Source: an uncultured Methanosarcinaceae archaeon
GTDB taxonomy: Archaea > Halobacteriota > Methanosarcinia > Methanosarcinales > Methanosarcinaceae
Length of the DNA stretch: 64,000 nt
Reading direction: 5' to 3'
NCBI GenBank assembly: GCA_963733675.1
Contig: CAVTET010000003.1
Coordinates: 32,001-96,000 of the forward strand
Positions 34,261 through 45,935 of the stretch are shown in pieces. Within the stretch, counting starts at the first letter, position 1, and every line of letters starts with the position of its first letter. The notes below the pieces were generated by a model, which saw only the letters and a program-made list of their open reading frames with translations, searched no databases and was not told the origin of the DNA. The translations under genes and the position numbers were made by a program.

Positions 34261-35739
34261 ATGTTTAATGGTAAACAATCCGGAACAGGAACAAATAGCA
34301 TTCCTAGGATCCTTATTTCTGCAGACCGTTCCTCCTCAGGGAAGACCACTATTTCTATAGGCCTGATGGCTGCCCTTGTTTCAAGAGGATATAGGGTACA
34401 GCCCTTTAAGGTCGCTCTGGATTATATCGACTCAAGCTATCATACCGAAATAACTGGCAGGTTCTGCCGGAATCTTGATGGTTACCTTATGAATAAGGAT
34501 GAAATTCTGGACATCTATACCCATGCCTGCGAAGCCGAAGGTCATACTGATATTGCAATCATAGAAGGTGTTCGTGGCCTTTATGAAGGTTTTGAAAGCT
34601 TAAGTGACCTTGGAAGCACTGCCCAAATCGCAAAGTTGCTCAGTTGTCCAGTGATCTTGGTAATCAATGCACAGAGCATTACTCGTTCAAGTGCCGCTCT
34701 TGTCAACGGATACAAAAACTTCGACCCTGATGTGAATATTGCAGGAGTTATTCTCAATAACATAGGAAGCCGACGTCATGCTGAAAAGGCAAAAGAAGCA
34801 ATTGAGTACTACACCGGTGTTTCTGTAATAGGTATTATTCCCAGAGATCCAGCAATGCAAATTTCCATGCGCCATCTCGGGCTTATGCCAGCTATTGAAG
34901 GCAGAAGAAGGCTGGGAGATGGAGTTTTTGAAGCCAGGCTCATGGGCATTGAGGATATTATCAATAAGGGAATAGATGTTGACCGCATCCTGAAAATTGC
35001 AAGCAGTGCAAAACCTTTAAAAATTCCAGAAAACACAATTTTTTTCTCTACATTCAATGAAAAAGAATGTAAACCGAAAATAGGTATTGCCATGGATGAA
35101 GCTTTCAATTTTTACTATCGTGATAACATCGACCTTCTGAAGCTTGGAGGTGCAGAAATTGTTTACTTCAGCCCTGTTAAAGATCCTGTACTTCCTGAAG
35201 TTGATGGGCTCTATATTGGAGGTGGCTATCCTGAGCTCTTTGCAGCAGAACTTGAAGCTAACGAATCCATGCGCCAAGATATCAAAAAAGCTTCTTCAGA
35301 AGGCATGCCAATATATGCCGAGTGCGGAGGACTGATGTACCTTACAAAAAAAATCAGCACAGGCATCCCTGGAATTGGCACTTACCACTATGCATCAATA
35401 CCAGAATCCACGTACTCGATGGTTGGTGCACTTCCGGGACATACGATCATGGGGCAGACAAGAGTAGTCAGTTACAATATAGGGACTCTTGAAATGGATT
35501 GTCTTATCGGTAAAAAGGGTAATAGCTTTAGAGGACATGAGTTCCACCACTCCGAAATTATAGAAATTCCTGATAGTGCAGAATTTGCAATAGCACTTTC
35601 CAGAGGAACAGGGATAAAAAATAATAGAGACGGACTCATTTCCAAAAATACCCTCGGATCTTACGCTCATCTGCATGGAGTGGCATACAGGGAGCTGGTA
35701 GGCTCAATTGTAGAGGCTGCCAGGAAGTTTAAAGAGTGA
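34261..35739 (+). CDS. cfbB: Ni-sirohydrochlorin a,c-diamide synthase (CbiA/CobB family)
   Basis: SSSGKTT, IEGVRGLYEG, RHLGL, AFNFYY, GGGYPE, AECGG, GHEFH; cluster context. Confidence 0.93.
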   Translation: MFNGKQSGTGTNSIPRILISADRSSSGKTTISIGLMAALVSRGYRVQPFKVALDYIDSSYHTEITGRFCRNLDGYLMNKDEILDIYTHACEAEGHTDIAIIEGVRGLYEGFESLSDLGSTAQIAKLLSCPVILVINAQSITRSSAALVNGYKNFDPDVNIAGVILNNIGSRRHAEKAKEAIEYYTGVSVIGIIPRDPAMQISMRHLGLMPAIEGRRRLGDGVFEARLMGIEDIINKGIDVDRILKIASSAKPLKIPENTIFFSTFNEKECKPKIGIAMDEAFNFYYRDNIDLLKLGGAEIVYFSPVKDPVLPEVDGLYIGGGYPELFAAELEANESMRQDIKKASSEGMPIYAECGGLMYLTKKISTGIPGIGTYHYASIPESTYSMVGALPGHTIMGQTRVVSYNIGTLEMDCLIGKKGNSFRGHEFHHSEIIEIPDSAEFAIALSRGTGIKNNRDGLISKNTLGSYAHLHGVAYRELVGSIVEAARKFKE

Positions 35740-35985
35740 AAAGTTTTTTCATAAACCTGTTCTTATGCGTGCATAAAAAATTGCTTGTAAGCAACAAGCT
35801 CATGTAAACATTACAGAGGAATTATATAAACCCCAATAACGTACAGGCCTTGAGTTTATAAAGGTAAGGAAAAAAATATTAGATCAAACCAGATTATGAA
35901 GCAAACCAGTTTAGATCAAATCGGATTAATAATAAGCAAGGTTATTGAAAATAACCCGTCTTTATTTTATTTTCAGGTGAACCTA

Positions 35986-37038
35986 TTGAGAACACAACTT
36001 ATAGGAGACAAAGTCCTTGCTGGAAAAGAAGCTGTAGCTGAACTTTATAAAACTAGCTATTTTGGGCATCCTAAAGATGATGTGCTCGAACTCTCGCTCT
36101 TAGAAGCCGCCTTTCTACTGTCCAGAGGAAAGCTCGAGATTGAAATAGGAGGCAGAATAGTCGATTTCAAATATTTTTTCGAGCAAGCTTCTCTAAAGCA
36201 GCAGAATTTTGAGCTGAAGTACATAGTTTATAAGGACTTAAAGGATCGAGGGTATTATGTCCAGCCATCAGCTGTGGATTTTAGGGTATATCCAAGAGGC
36301 AGCCACCCCGGTAAAAGTGCAGCAAAAATTTTTGTTCGTGTCCAATCAGAGAGGCAGCATCTTCCTGTAAAAATTCTTCAAGAGGTAGTTACAGCGTCAG
36401 AAAATGTACACAAACAGTTTATTCTTGCTGTGGTTGATGAAGAAGGAGACATCACTTTCTACGAAGTTAAAACTGAAGTCCCTAAAGGAGAAATGACTCT
36501 GCAACTTTCTACAGTCAAAACAGATGCGACTTTCCTGGAAGACAGGGTAATATCCTGGGATTCTAAAGCCTCCGAAACTCTATATAACAGGGGATTTTAC
36601 GGAAAAATGCTTGACTCAGAAAGGCTGCAGCTCTCCCTGGTTGAGTCCCTTTACCTTTTATCCAAAGGAATAATAACGATTCGAGATAGGAGAAGTAAGG
36701 TGTTCTCTTTCGATGAATTTATAGAAAAAGCCTCTGAAATTGAAAGTTCTTTTTTCAGGAAATATAGCATATATAAAAACCTCAGGGATTCCGGCCATGT
36801 TGTCAAAACCGGCTTTAAGTTCGGCACGCATTTCAGGGTCTACAAAAAAGTCGAGTCAATAGAAAGAATTCCGCATTCAGAATACCTTGTAAATACCATT
36901 CCTACTGAGTTTGAATTCAGGCTTCCAGTTATGTCAGGAGCAGTACGGCTTGCAAACAGCGTGCATAAGACAATGCTTTTTGCAGTAGAAAAAAGGGATG
37001 AGATAAAGTATCTAAATATCGGCAGAATTAAAATGTGA
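35986..37038 (+). CDS. endA: tRNA-intron endonuclease (homodimeric, two-repeat type)
   Basis: Two repeats (LELSLLEA..., LQLSLVES...), KTGFKFGTHFRVY, HSEYLV, RLANSV; TTG 35986 behind AGGTGA. Confidence 0.93.
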   Translation: MRTQLIGDKVLAGKEAVAELYKTSYFGHPKDDVLELSLLEAAFLLSRGKLEIEIGGRIVDFKYFFEQASLKQQNFELKYIVYKDLKDRGYYVQPSAVDFRVYPRGSHPGKSAAKIFVRVQSERQHLPVKILQEVVTASENVHKQFILAVVDEEGDITFYEVKTEVPKGEMTLQLSTVKTDATFLEDRVISWDSKASETLYNRGFYGKMLDSERLQLSLVESLYLLSKGIITIRDRRSKVFSFDEFIEKASEIESSFFRKYSIYKNLRDSGHVVKTGFKFGTHFRVYKKVESIERIPHSEYLVNTIPTEFEFRLPVMSGAVRLANSVHKTMLFAVEKRDEIKYLNIGRIKM

Positions 37039-37124
37039 TATATTGAAAGTATTTTTTCGACTATTGCCCTTACCTTTCACCTTATTATTCATAAAAATCG
37101 GATCTTCAACCGAGAGTGAAATAA

Positions 37125-37520
37125 ATGTGGGATATCATTGCAGTGGACATTTCTGGTAGACATAGGATTAAAAGAAGTTATTACATGGTCTGTGCTGCAG
37201 CTGCCCTTAAAGTCTCAGCCAGCCATATCGAAAAGATCAAGCAAATAAAAATTCAGCCCCTCTGGATCAAAAATGATCCTATTTTATTAGATATCGTACA
37301 GCTGATTGAAGATACGGCTGATCAGCTTTCCTTTGAAGGCACGATTGTGGCAGAAAGAGGTGATATATACAATAAACCCCTATGGGTTCCAGAATTAATG
37401 TTTTCCAGGGCTTTCAAATACCAGGAATCCATTGCAGAGAGAAGGGCAATCGAACTTGTACATCATATTTCATTGAGCGCCCGAAATTTACTTATTAACA
37501 AACTTGAAATCGAGATATGA
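37125..37520 (+). CDS. DUF2209-family protein
   Basis: DIIAVDISGRH N-terminus, MVCAA, ERRAIELVHHISLSAR; ATGA overlap with hflX. Confidence 0.7.
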   Translation: MWDIIAVDISGRHRIKRSYYMVCAAAALKVSASHIEKIKQIKIQPLWIKNDPILLDIVQLIEDTADQLSFEGTIVAERGDIYNKPLWVPELMFSRAFKYQESIAERRAIELVHHISLSARNLLINKLEIEI

Positions 37521-38809
37521 CAATTTCAGATGAAAATAAAATAAGTAGCGAGAGTAAGGTAATTCTCGTTAAAAGAGCTAGCCCTAATTCAGATCCTGAA
37601 CATGAGGCGATTCTCTTCCAGGAACTTAAGGAACTGGCAAGAGCTGCAGGCTATCTTACGGTTGGTAAACTTACTCAGACCAGGTTTCAGGACTCAAGAT
37701 ATCAACTTGGGAAAGGGAAAATAGAGGAACTTGCCGAATTTGTGAGAAGCACAGAGACAGAAAAAGTGATTTTCTACAACAGGCTTTCTACAAAGCAGCT
37801 GTTCAACATTTCGAAAATTTGTCAATGCCATGTTATAGACAAATTCCAGCTTATCTTTGAAATATTTGCGAAAAGAGCAATTACCCATCGCTCAAAGCTA
37901 CAGTTGGAACTTGCACGGTTAAAATATGAAGTTTCAAGAGCAAAAGCGGTTGTTTCCTTACTGAAAAAAGATGAAAGGCCAGGATTCATGGGGCTTGGAG
38001 ATTATGAGAACTCTTTTGAACAGGATCTGAAGAAAAGAATCTCAAGAATTGAAAGTGAACTTGAATCGGCAGAAAAGGACGATGAATCTCTGCGGGCTTT
38101 CAGGCATAGGAAAGGTTTTTCTGTAATTTCCCTTGCAGGATACACAAATGCAGGAAAAAGCACTCTTTTCAATGCTATTGTGAATGAAAGTGTTGAGGTA
38201 AAAGATATGCTCTTTACAACACTTGTGCCTATGACCCGCGCCCTGGACCTTGGCGGAAGAAAAGCCCTTCTGACCGATACCGTGGGGTTTATCAAGGATC
38301 TTCCTCATTGGCTGGTTGATGCCTTTAAATCCACATTAAACGAAATTTATCTATCAGATCTTATCCTCCTGGTCGTGGATGTGAGCGAAAAGCCTGAGAT
38401 AATCCTTCAAAAGCTCTCGACGTCCCATGATACTCTATGGGACAAGATCCATGGTGTTCCTGTCATCACAGTGCTTAACAAAACCGATCTACTTAAAGAA
38501 TTTGAGCTTGAGAATATTATGAAACAGATAGAACATATGGCTCCAAATCCTGTATTTGTCGCAGCAAAAGAAGAAACCGGTATTTCTTCGCTAAAAGCTG
38601 AAATCATAAAGCATTTACCTGCCTGGTCTTTCTCTTCGCTCACCCTGCCAAATTCAGAGAAAGGGATGTCAATTCTATCATGGCTGTACGAAGAAGGAAT
38701 AGTACACAAAGTTGAATATGAGAAGTGGATTACTGTGGATTACGAAGCCAGGCTAGAGATAATTAAGAGGGCTCAAGCTTTGGTACACTACCAATCAGAT
38801 GAATACTAA
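37517..38809 (+). CDS. hflX: ribosome-splitting GTPase HflX
   Basis: ELKELARAAGY, KLQLELARLKY, GYTNAGKST, LFTTL, DTVGFI, NKTD. Confidence 0.95.
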   Translation: MTISDENKISSESKVILVKRASPNSDPEHEAILFQELKELARAAGYLTVGKLTQTRFQDSRYQLGKGKIEELAEFVRSTETEKVIFYNRLSTKQLFNISKICQCHVIDKFQLIFEIFAKRAITHRSKLQLELARLKYEVSRAKAVVSLLKKDERPGFMGLGDYENSFEQDLKKRISRIESELESAEKDDESLRAFRHRKGFSVISLAGYTNAGKSTLFNAIVNESVEVKDMLFTTLVPMTRALDLGGRKALLTDTVGFIKDLPHWLVDAFKSTLNEIYLSDLILLVVDVSEKPEIILQKLSTSHDTLWDKIHGVPVITVLNKTDLLKEFELENIMKQIEHMAPNPVFVAAKEETGISSLKAEIIKHLPAWSFSSLTLPNSEKGMSILSWLYEEGIVHKVEYEKWITVDYEARLEIIKRAQALVHYQSDEY

Positions 38810-38814
38810 GTAGC

Positions 38815-40440
38815 TTCTTGGTTCATTCCCTTCTCTTTTGAGAACAAGTCTCCAATTGCATCCCCGAATTTCACATGTGTCAGATTCCATTTAGATTTTA
38901 ATAAATAAGAGCGAATTTTTTGATGTTAATTGCAGCACTAATGTCTCTAGCATATTTTGGCTTTCAATCAGTACATTTCCATTGATTATCTTTTAGTATT
39001 AGTATTATATCAGAGTTATGGTATCCACAAACATGACAGATCTGGGATGATAGTTCAAATTTACCTATTATAAGAATGTTTTTTCTTTACCTTTCTGATT
39101 TATACTCTAATTTTGCTACAAAACTACTCCACGCAAAATAATCTATAGCCTATGCTAAATGGTAATTCGTAATCATGCCTTTAACATTCAATGTTTCAAT
39201 AGCTATTACTTGGTTCTCAGTAACAAGTTTAAAAGAAAATTTGTACTGAAAAACATTTCTCCGATTTGTTATTTTTTCGTGAAGTACAGCAATTTTTTGT
39301 TTGGCTTTTTCTCTGTTTGTAGGACCGTTCTATTTTCGACTAACTCTTTTTTGGAGTACTTTAAGTCTATTCAAAAAATTTTTTAAGTAGTAGGATTTTC
39401 AACCTTTTCTCCAGTAAAAATAACAACAAAATCTTTTCTCCCAACCTTTACACCAATAGTCGTAGATTCAGAAAACACCTGTTTAACTAGAAGTTCTTTT
39501 ACATCCTCCACTAAAATGCTGATATAGTACTTTCCTGTGCAAGAATTCGAAATAGTAGCGATTTTTAATTCTCCTTCAAATGTTTTGTGAAGAACTGCTT
39601 TGATTTTTCCAATCTTAGGAAGCTTAATAGTATTGTTTTCAAAATCCACATTGTAGTGTTGTAGTATAGGGAATGACTGAATTGGATTCGTCTTTGATTT
39701 GAATTTAGGAAAACCATTCTTTTATCTGAACAATATAGTGAATGTAGATTCTACCTGTTTAGCCATACCCTGGAGTGATTTGGAATCAGTTTGTTTAAGT
39801 CAAACCTATAAATTGACTTTCCGATTTGCTCATTTGTTTTCACTTTCTGATCAAGCGCCTAATTATAGACAAACCTACAACTACCAATATGTTGATTAAG
39901 CTGTTTAGATTGGTCAATTGTTGGATATAGCCTAAACTTGAATGCTTTTATAATACACTACTTAAGATTATTTAATAACATATACATTTTTTATAAATAT
40001 GCGGTATGAACATAGGAACCATAGTAAATTTTTGTTTAGGTATCACATTATCTTTGTATGCAAGTATCGGAAAAAGATACTAGAACAGATTGATAAAGAA
40101 CTCAAACAAAGAATTCATGACATTGAAAAATAGGCGATTTTGAAATACTATAAATGAAAACGACAAAGACCACATTCATCTACCTATTAAGAGTGAGCCA
40201 AAAGTCAGACTCTTGCGATCATTCTAAAACTGAAAAAAGAGACAACAATTAGGCTATGGAAAAATCAAAAAGAGTATTTGAAAAAATACTATAGCAAAGA
40301 ACATACACTATGGAGTGAGGATAGTTCGCATCTTCTATCGGCAAGGTTAGCAAAAAAGCAGCCGAGAATTACATCTTGACCCAGGTTTAAAGTGGACACT
40401 TACATCCACTGGGCTGAGTACCCAATGGTTTTACGCTTTC
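38815..40440. mobile_element. degenerate IS605-type element: tnpB pseudogene (- strand, ~38830-39955) and divergent tnpA pseudogene (+ strand, ~40005-40390)
   Basis: Minus: IKAFKFRLYPT, GFPKFKS, IKLPKIGKIKA, GKYYISILVE, SSQICHVCGY; plus: YHIIFVCKYRK, DHIHL; many stops. Confidence 0.85.
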
Positions 40441-40973
40441 TCCGATAAATGCTCATTCTGAAAGACTGAACCATTTTAAGGCTGATATCAACGAATTTAA
40501 TGTACCTAGCCGATTTCAGTATTGTGTGTTCCTTCGTTTTTATGGAGAAATATCGGAAGAATTTATAAAACAATGTTTGCAAAAAAATTGGAAAATACAC
40601 AACTGAGAGAATTTCTACAGAACCATAATCCGTTGAAAAGAATCAATTTTTGGGAAATTGCAAAAATCTTGGCTCAAGATAACGAGCTGTGAATGAGAAC
40701 AAGAATCTTCAGATTGAAATATCCAGAATAATTTTCTGCTGGGAAAACTTGATTTTTGCTTGTTATATTGATAAGTATGTAATTTTGACAAGAAAAATTC
40801 ATGAAATTTAAAATAATGGAAATGATGAGTATGGCAAAAATGATTGAATGAAAAGTTCAAACTGCTTTAAATTTAAGAGAGCGAATTGAGAAACTGCAAA
40901 AATAAGTTAATTTGAGGATACTAAACTAAAAAAATATTTTAGACTCTTTAAACATCCAAATCGGATAAAATAT

Positions 40974-41063
40974 AGAAAATTTCGATAAACATCTAATTTT
41001 CACGAGTCATTTAGATATAACTTATAAGCACATGACAAAATTAAGCAATATATCGAAATTAGT
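40974..41063. repeat. ~90-bp MITE-like repeat, family B
   Basis: AGAAAATTTCGATAAAC ... ATATCGAAATT. Confidence 0.6.
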
Positions 41064-41171
41064 TATAAATTCTGTTGAACTTTATTATTATGTTCTATCC
41101 TTATGCGCCAATCAAATTGGTCAAAAAGATATTCAATAATGATACTTCTCAGGTTCCACTGAATCAAAGTT

Positions 41172-41790
41172 GCGCTGGCGCACCCCGCTACAAGCAACGG
41201 GGTATGTTCGCGCCACCGCTCTGGTTTTAATGGCTATTAAAAATCGAGTATTTTCATTTGCTGATATGCTTCTTTTTTCCCCGTTTCCCTGATTTTCAAC
41301 ATAGTTTTTGATAACATCTGAAGTTGTTCCATCTTCTATAGTTCCAGTGTAACCTCCATCATTCCACAGTTCACCACCCTAAAGCTGTTTTTTGATTTAA
41401 GGGTATTGTTTAAAGATTTATCTTGCTATAATACTTTTTATAATTTGCATGACTTTTGAAGGAGAATACTTTGGTTCAGCTCCAACAAAAAGATGTACAT
41501 GATCGCCATCATTACCAATTGCATCAAACTCAAAACAGTATCTTTCACTAATTTCAAAGCATACGTTTTTCAAAAAGTTGATGAATTCTGTCCCTAAAAA
41601 AAGATTTTTACGGTACTTCAAACAAAAAAAACCATGTGATATCTTATTATATATACACAATGGTTTGCACGTCTTAGTTCCATTTACAGTACAAATGTAG
41701 CAAAAAATATAAATTTATTATTTAACAACGGTTATCTGGGAAGTTTTCCATCCCCGCAGCAAGCTGCGGGGTATTCGACTGAAGTAAAAT
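41172..41790 (-). mobile_element. IS200-like element, best-preserved copy (tnpA pseudogene)
   Basis: DHVHLFVGAEPKYSPSKVMQIIKS HUH motif; hairpins CCCCGCTACAAGCAACGGGG and CCCCGCAGCAAGCTGCGGGG at the two ends. Confidence 0.88.
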
Positions 41791-41842
41791 GAAAGTGAGG
41801 ATTAATGCTTTAAGGGAAAGTTCCATATATTCAAGAGAAAAT

Positions 41843-42859
41843 ATGGGCACAAACATAAGCGATCTGCTTCAGAAAAGAAAAATTGAGCTTTCAAGCCTTT
41901 CGAACCAAGTGATTGCCATCGATGCATTTAACACGTTGCACCAATTCTTAAGCAATATTCGCCAGCGAGACGGTAGTCCTCTGGTTGATTCTGGAGGGAG
42001 AATAACCTCTCACATATCAGGCCTGCTCTACCGGACAGCAAACTTTGTTGAAGCTGGGATCAAACCTATCTTCGTCTTTGACGGCAAACCTCCTGAATTA
42101 AAATCTGAAACTCTGAGCCGTAGGAAAGAAGTCAGGGAATCTGCAATGGAAAAATGGGAGATTGCAAAAGCTGAGGGGGATCTTGAAACTGCTTATAAGT
42201 ATGCTCAGGCTTCGTCAAGGGTGAAACCTGAAATCGTTGAAGATTCGAAATATCTTCTTAACATTATGGGAATTCCCTTTGTTCAAGCTCCCAGTGAAGG
42301 AGAAGCGCAAGCTGCGCATATGATCCTCAAAAAGGATGCAAACTGCATTGCTTCCCAAGACTATGATTCCTTACTTTTTGGAGCCCCAATAATTATTAGG
42401 AACCTTGCTGTCACTGGAAAGCGTAAGTTACCTGGGAAGGATGTTTATGTTAATGTTGAACCCGAAATAATTGAATTGGAAGAAACCCTTTTCAATCTCG
42501 GAATCAACAGAGAACAGCTTATAGATATTGCAATTTGTGTGGGCACAGATTATAATAAAGGCCTGAAAAAAGTAGGCTCGAAAACAGCCCTTATGCTTAT
42601 CAAAAAATATGGTTCTATCCATGCCGTGCTCCGTGAGAGAGGGATAGAGATCGAGGCTTTGGATAGCATCAGGGAACTTTTTATCCACCCTGAAGTAACT
42701 GATGATTATAAGATCAAATGGAGGAAACCTGACTCTGAAAAACTTGTCGAATTCCTCTGTGACAGTCATGGTTTTTCGGTTGAAAGAATTGAAAAAGCTA
42801 TAGAACGCCTTAAAACCTGTTCAACAACAAGTCAGAAAACTCTAGAACAATGGTTTTAA
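41843..42859 (+). CDS. fen: flap endonuclease-1
   Basis: [42 protein letters not shown] box QKTLEQWF. Confidence 0.96.
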   Translation: MGTNISDLLQKRKIELSSLSNQVIAIDAFNTLHQFLSNIRQRDGSPLVDSGGRITSHISGLLYRTANFVEAGIKPIFVFDGKPPELKSETLSRRKEVRESAMEKWEIAKAEGDLETAYKYAQASSRVKPEIVEDSKYLLNIMGIPFVQAPSEGEAQAAHMILKKDANCIASQDYDSLLFGAPIIIRNLAVTGKRKLPGKDVYVNVEPEIIELEETLFNLGINREQLIDIAICVGTDYNKGLKKVGSKTALMLIKKYGSIHAVLRERGIEIEALDSIRELFIHPEVTDDYKIKWRKPDSEKLVEFLCDSHGFSVERIEKAIERLKTCSTTSQKTLEQWF

Positions 42860-43495
42860 CGGAATTGATTATTCAATAAATAGTTCTTTAGATATCAAGT
42901 CAACTCTTAACACAAATTCTTATTAAATATTCGTGACTATTCAACTTGGAAAAACAATATCAATAACAAGCTTTACAAAAATTTAATGAGCAGATTTTTG
43001 TGAACTCATTTCTTTAGCTGTCGGCCATATAGCATGTTTTTTATTTTTGTTACAAGTTGCTAATCAAAAATATATATTGCTGCAAAATAAATATCATCAA
43101 ACTAATTTTAAGTAAGTCAAATAGTTATTAATATACTGCCAACGAGACATGGACTGACAAAATAGGACTGAGCTCCAAAAGAAGAGTACACAAATACCCA
43201 TACAAATGACTTTATGAGCTCTGAGATTATTTCCATGGACTGGAATCCTGTGGAACTAAGTAGTCCCTTAAATAACATAAGGCCATAGGATTTTTTCAAA
43301 TCTTTGCTTACAAACTCCAGGAAGCACAGCCCTTTTCGCAGATACGATCCATAATTTTGGGATTTCTAAAGACAGACCAACTTTAAAAAATAAAACGTTT
43401 TTAATATCTTCCCAGAAACATAAAAACAGGATTTAGTTAAGCACAAAATCTTTTCTTCGAAATCTTGATATGAGATTATCCGAATCTACACAAAT

Positions 43496-44452
43496 ATGCT
43501 TTTACATAAACTCTTTGACATCGAGGAAGATATCTATTTTGTGGAGGAAAGTTATCTCGCCCAAAGAACTATTGAGCGTACATTACAGTATCTCAAAAGA
43601 ATTTTGGATGCTTCAGAGGAACAACAGATGCAGCTTTTAAGGGCCAGGGAAGGGGATCACACACTAGGACTGCTGGTCTTCAATCCAGCAGATGAAGAAG
43701 TTTCTGTAGATTTCTGGTCGGTGTTTACTGGATCCCTTGCATTAGCTCCATTGAAAAAAGAGTTTGAGGCTATTGCGAATTCTCTCCTAATTTCCAATAT
43801 TCCTGAAAAAGATATAGAGATATCTTCCGAAAAATGGAGAAATGCAGTGAATGAGTACTACTCCCTTATACTTGTAAACCGGAACCTTTGTCAGGTTTGT
43901 ACTTTCAAGCCTGAGTCCTATGAAAGTGTTTTTTCCGAAAAGCGTGTGATGAAATTGACAAAGCTTCTGGATTTGCTCCAAAAAAGGGGTTTTTACTTTG
44001 GAGAACGGCTCCTCGAAGTATGCTCTGGGAATGGGATGTCTACCCTTGCTCTCCATAGGCTTGGACTGAAGCCATTGGTAGTGGAAGTTAACAAATGTGC
44101 GGTTTGTCAGGGACTTGAACAGGGAGTTTTAGATCCACAAAAAGTTATTGTAATGGATGCGACATCGATTTCCAGGTATTTCGATCCAGAAACCTTTGAT
44201 GCAGTGATGGGCTTTATGCTGGGGCTTATCTATGAATTTAATAAAGAACTCTGGACAGGTATAATAAGGGAGTCAGTCTCAGTTGCAAATAAAGGAGCTC
44301 TTTTACTTTTCACAGTCAATAGTAAGCCTGAAATTGAAATTCTTACCGAAGCTCTGCACAGGGCAGAAGTCGAAGGAGAGATTATTGATAATACGGATTC
44401 TGAGGGAATCTATGATCAATGGATCTTTGTCGGAAGAAAGCAAAGAACTTAA
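43496..44452 (+). CDS. class I SAM-dependent methyltransferase-like protein
   Basis: LLEVCSGNGMST motif I, VVE, MDAT, FDAVMGF. Confidence 0.7.
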   Translation: MLLHKLFDIEEDIYFVEESYLAQRTIERTLQYLKRILDASEEQQMQLLRAREGDHTLGLLVFNPADEEVSVDFWSVFTGSLALAPLKKEFEAIANSLLISNIPEKDIEISSEKWRNAVNEYYSLILVNRNLCQVCTFKPESYESVFSEKRVMKLTKLLDLLQKRGFYFGERLLEVCSGNGMSTLALHRLGLKPLVVEVNKCAVCQGLEQGVLDPQKVIVMDATSISRYFDPETFDAVMGFMLGLIYEFNKELWTGIIRESVSVANKGALLLFTVNSKPEIEILTEALHRAEVEGEIIDNTDSEGIYDQWIFVGRKQRT

Positions 44453-44470
44453 CTTTCAAGTTACAAATTC

Positions 44471-45028
44471 TCAATCCATATATACTGTATGCAATGTTTC
44501 GTAGATTGGATATTCCGTAGTCAGTATGCTTTTCTTTAAAAGAACTTTATTAACTTTCATACTACCTACTTGCATATCTTTGCACTCTCTAAGGGTATTT
44601 ATAAAAGCGCTTTTCTGATCCCTATTAAGGAATTTCACCCTAGCAAGAGTAGCGTGGGCTGTAAATTCTCTAGCATCTTTTTCGAATTTGAAAGGTTTCA
44701 GTAGATTTTCCACATCTTCATGCAAAATTCTGAATTTTCCGGTTGCACCCAACCAGAGAACTTTAGGATTTGAAGGATTAGGGAAGACCCCCAGTCCCCC
44801 AATTATCGCTTTGAAAGGCTCACATGTAATGGAATCAAGAGCTGAAGAAATTAGTGGAATCCTTGGTTCATCCACATTCCCCAGGAACTTCAAAGTGATG
44901 TGAACGATTTCAGGCTCAACAAGTTTCAGATTAAAACAAGAGAATCGATCCTGGAGTTCCCGGATCTTTTCCCTAAAACAGGGATCTAACTCAACTGCTA
45001 TGAATGTCCTAATCAAAATTTTCACCAA
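44471..45028 (-). CDS. thpR: RNA 2',3'-cyclic phosphodiesterase (2H family)
   Basis: RTFIAV, HITLKFLG and HATLAR HxT motifs. Confidence 0.93.
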   Translation of the reverse strand: MVKILIRTFIAVELDPCFREKIRELQDRFSCFNLKLVEPEIVHITLKFLGNVDEPRIPLISSALDSITCEPFKAIIGGLGVFPNPSNPKVLWLGATGKFRILHEDVENLLKPFKFEKDAREFTAHATLARVKFLNRDQKSAFINTLRECKDMQVGSMKVNKVLLKKSILTTEYPIYETLHTVYMD

Positions 45029-45260
45029 TTTAAATAATATAAATTATCAGAAAAATCTTCCTATCATATTCTTTGCGAACTATCCCTCCCTGTAGAGGGA
45101 TGATACCCTCCGAAGGGGACTTCAAGCCTTAGAGTTAAAGATATGAAGACAAAAAAAGATAAAAGTCTCAAGAAAATGGATTCCAAAAAAACTTACCCAT
45201 TAAACAGTGATTAAAGATCTATTAATATGGTTTTTTTTTCAAGATGATTCACTCCTATAT

Positions 45261-45935
45261 TTATATCAATTTATCCAATAGCCTCTTTAGTTTTCGCTTC
45301 ACACTACCTGACATCTGTTTCAGGATGATTGACAGTGGTGTATTTTGTCCTGCCGGTGCCACTTCTCCTTTCTTTATTGCCCTGAGCACAGCTTCCATTG
45401 TATTTTCAGAGGCATTAATCTCGGTATATGCCTGACCTACCATTTCTGGAACATGGGAATCACTTCCTCCAACACCTGGAATTCCGAGTCTTTTTGCCTC
45501 TGCTTCGGCTTTAAGATTGGCATTGTTTAAAATGCAACGGGAATTGAATACCTCAACCGCATCAATATCAAGTCCTTCAAAACTTCCTATCCCATGAGAA
45601 CTCTGTTTGAAAGGGTGAGGTATGATAATCGTGCCTCCAAGTTTCCTGGCCCTCGCTATCGTTTCTTTCGGACTCAATAAAGACTCTATATCTTTCCTGA
45701 TTCCCAGAACCAGAATGTGTCCTTTTGAAGATGTCACCTCTACTCCGGGAATGACTGTGATGTCAAGACCGAGTTCTAAGGCTCTTTTTTCACAGGCAAG
45801 CCCACCTCCCACGGTATCATGGTCACAGATAGCAAAGCCGTCAAGGCCTCTTTTAAGGCCGACCTCTAAGATTTCATCATGACTCGATTTGCTATCTTTT
45901 GAATGATCGGAATGCACGTGAAGATCAAATTTCAT
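45261..45935 (-). CDS. PHP-domain phosphoesterase
   Basis: DLHVHS, CDHD, GVE, GH, PHP, GGSDSH. Confidence 0.9.
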   Translation of the reverse strand: MKFDLHVHSDHSKDSKSSHDEILEVGLKRGLDGFAICDHDTVGGGLACEKRALELGLDITVIPGVEVTSSKGHILVLGIRKDIESLLSPKETIARARKLGGTIIIPHPFKQSSHGIGSFEGLDIDAVEVFNSRCILNNANLKAEAEAKRLGIPGVGGSDSHVPEMVGQAYTEINASENTMEAVLRAIKKGEVAPAGQNTPLSIILKQMSGSVKRKLKRLLDKLI

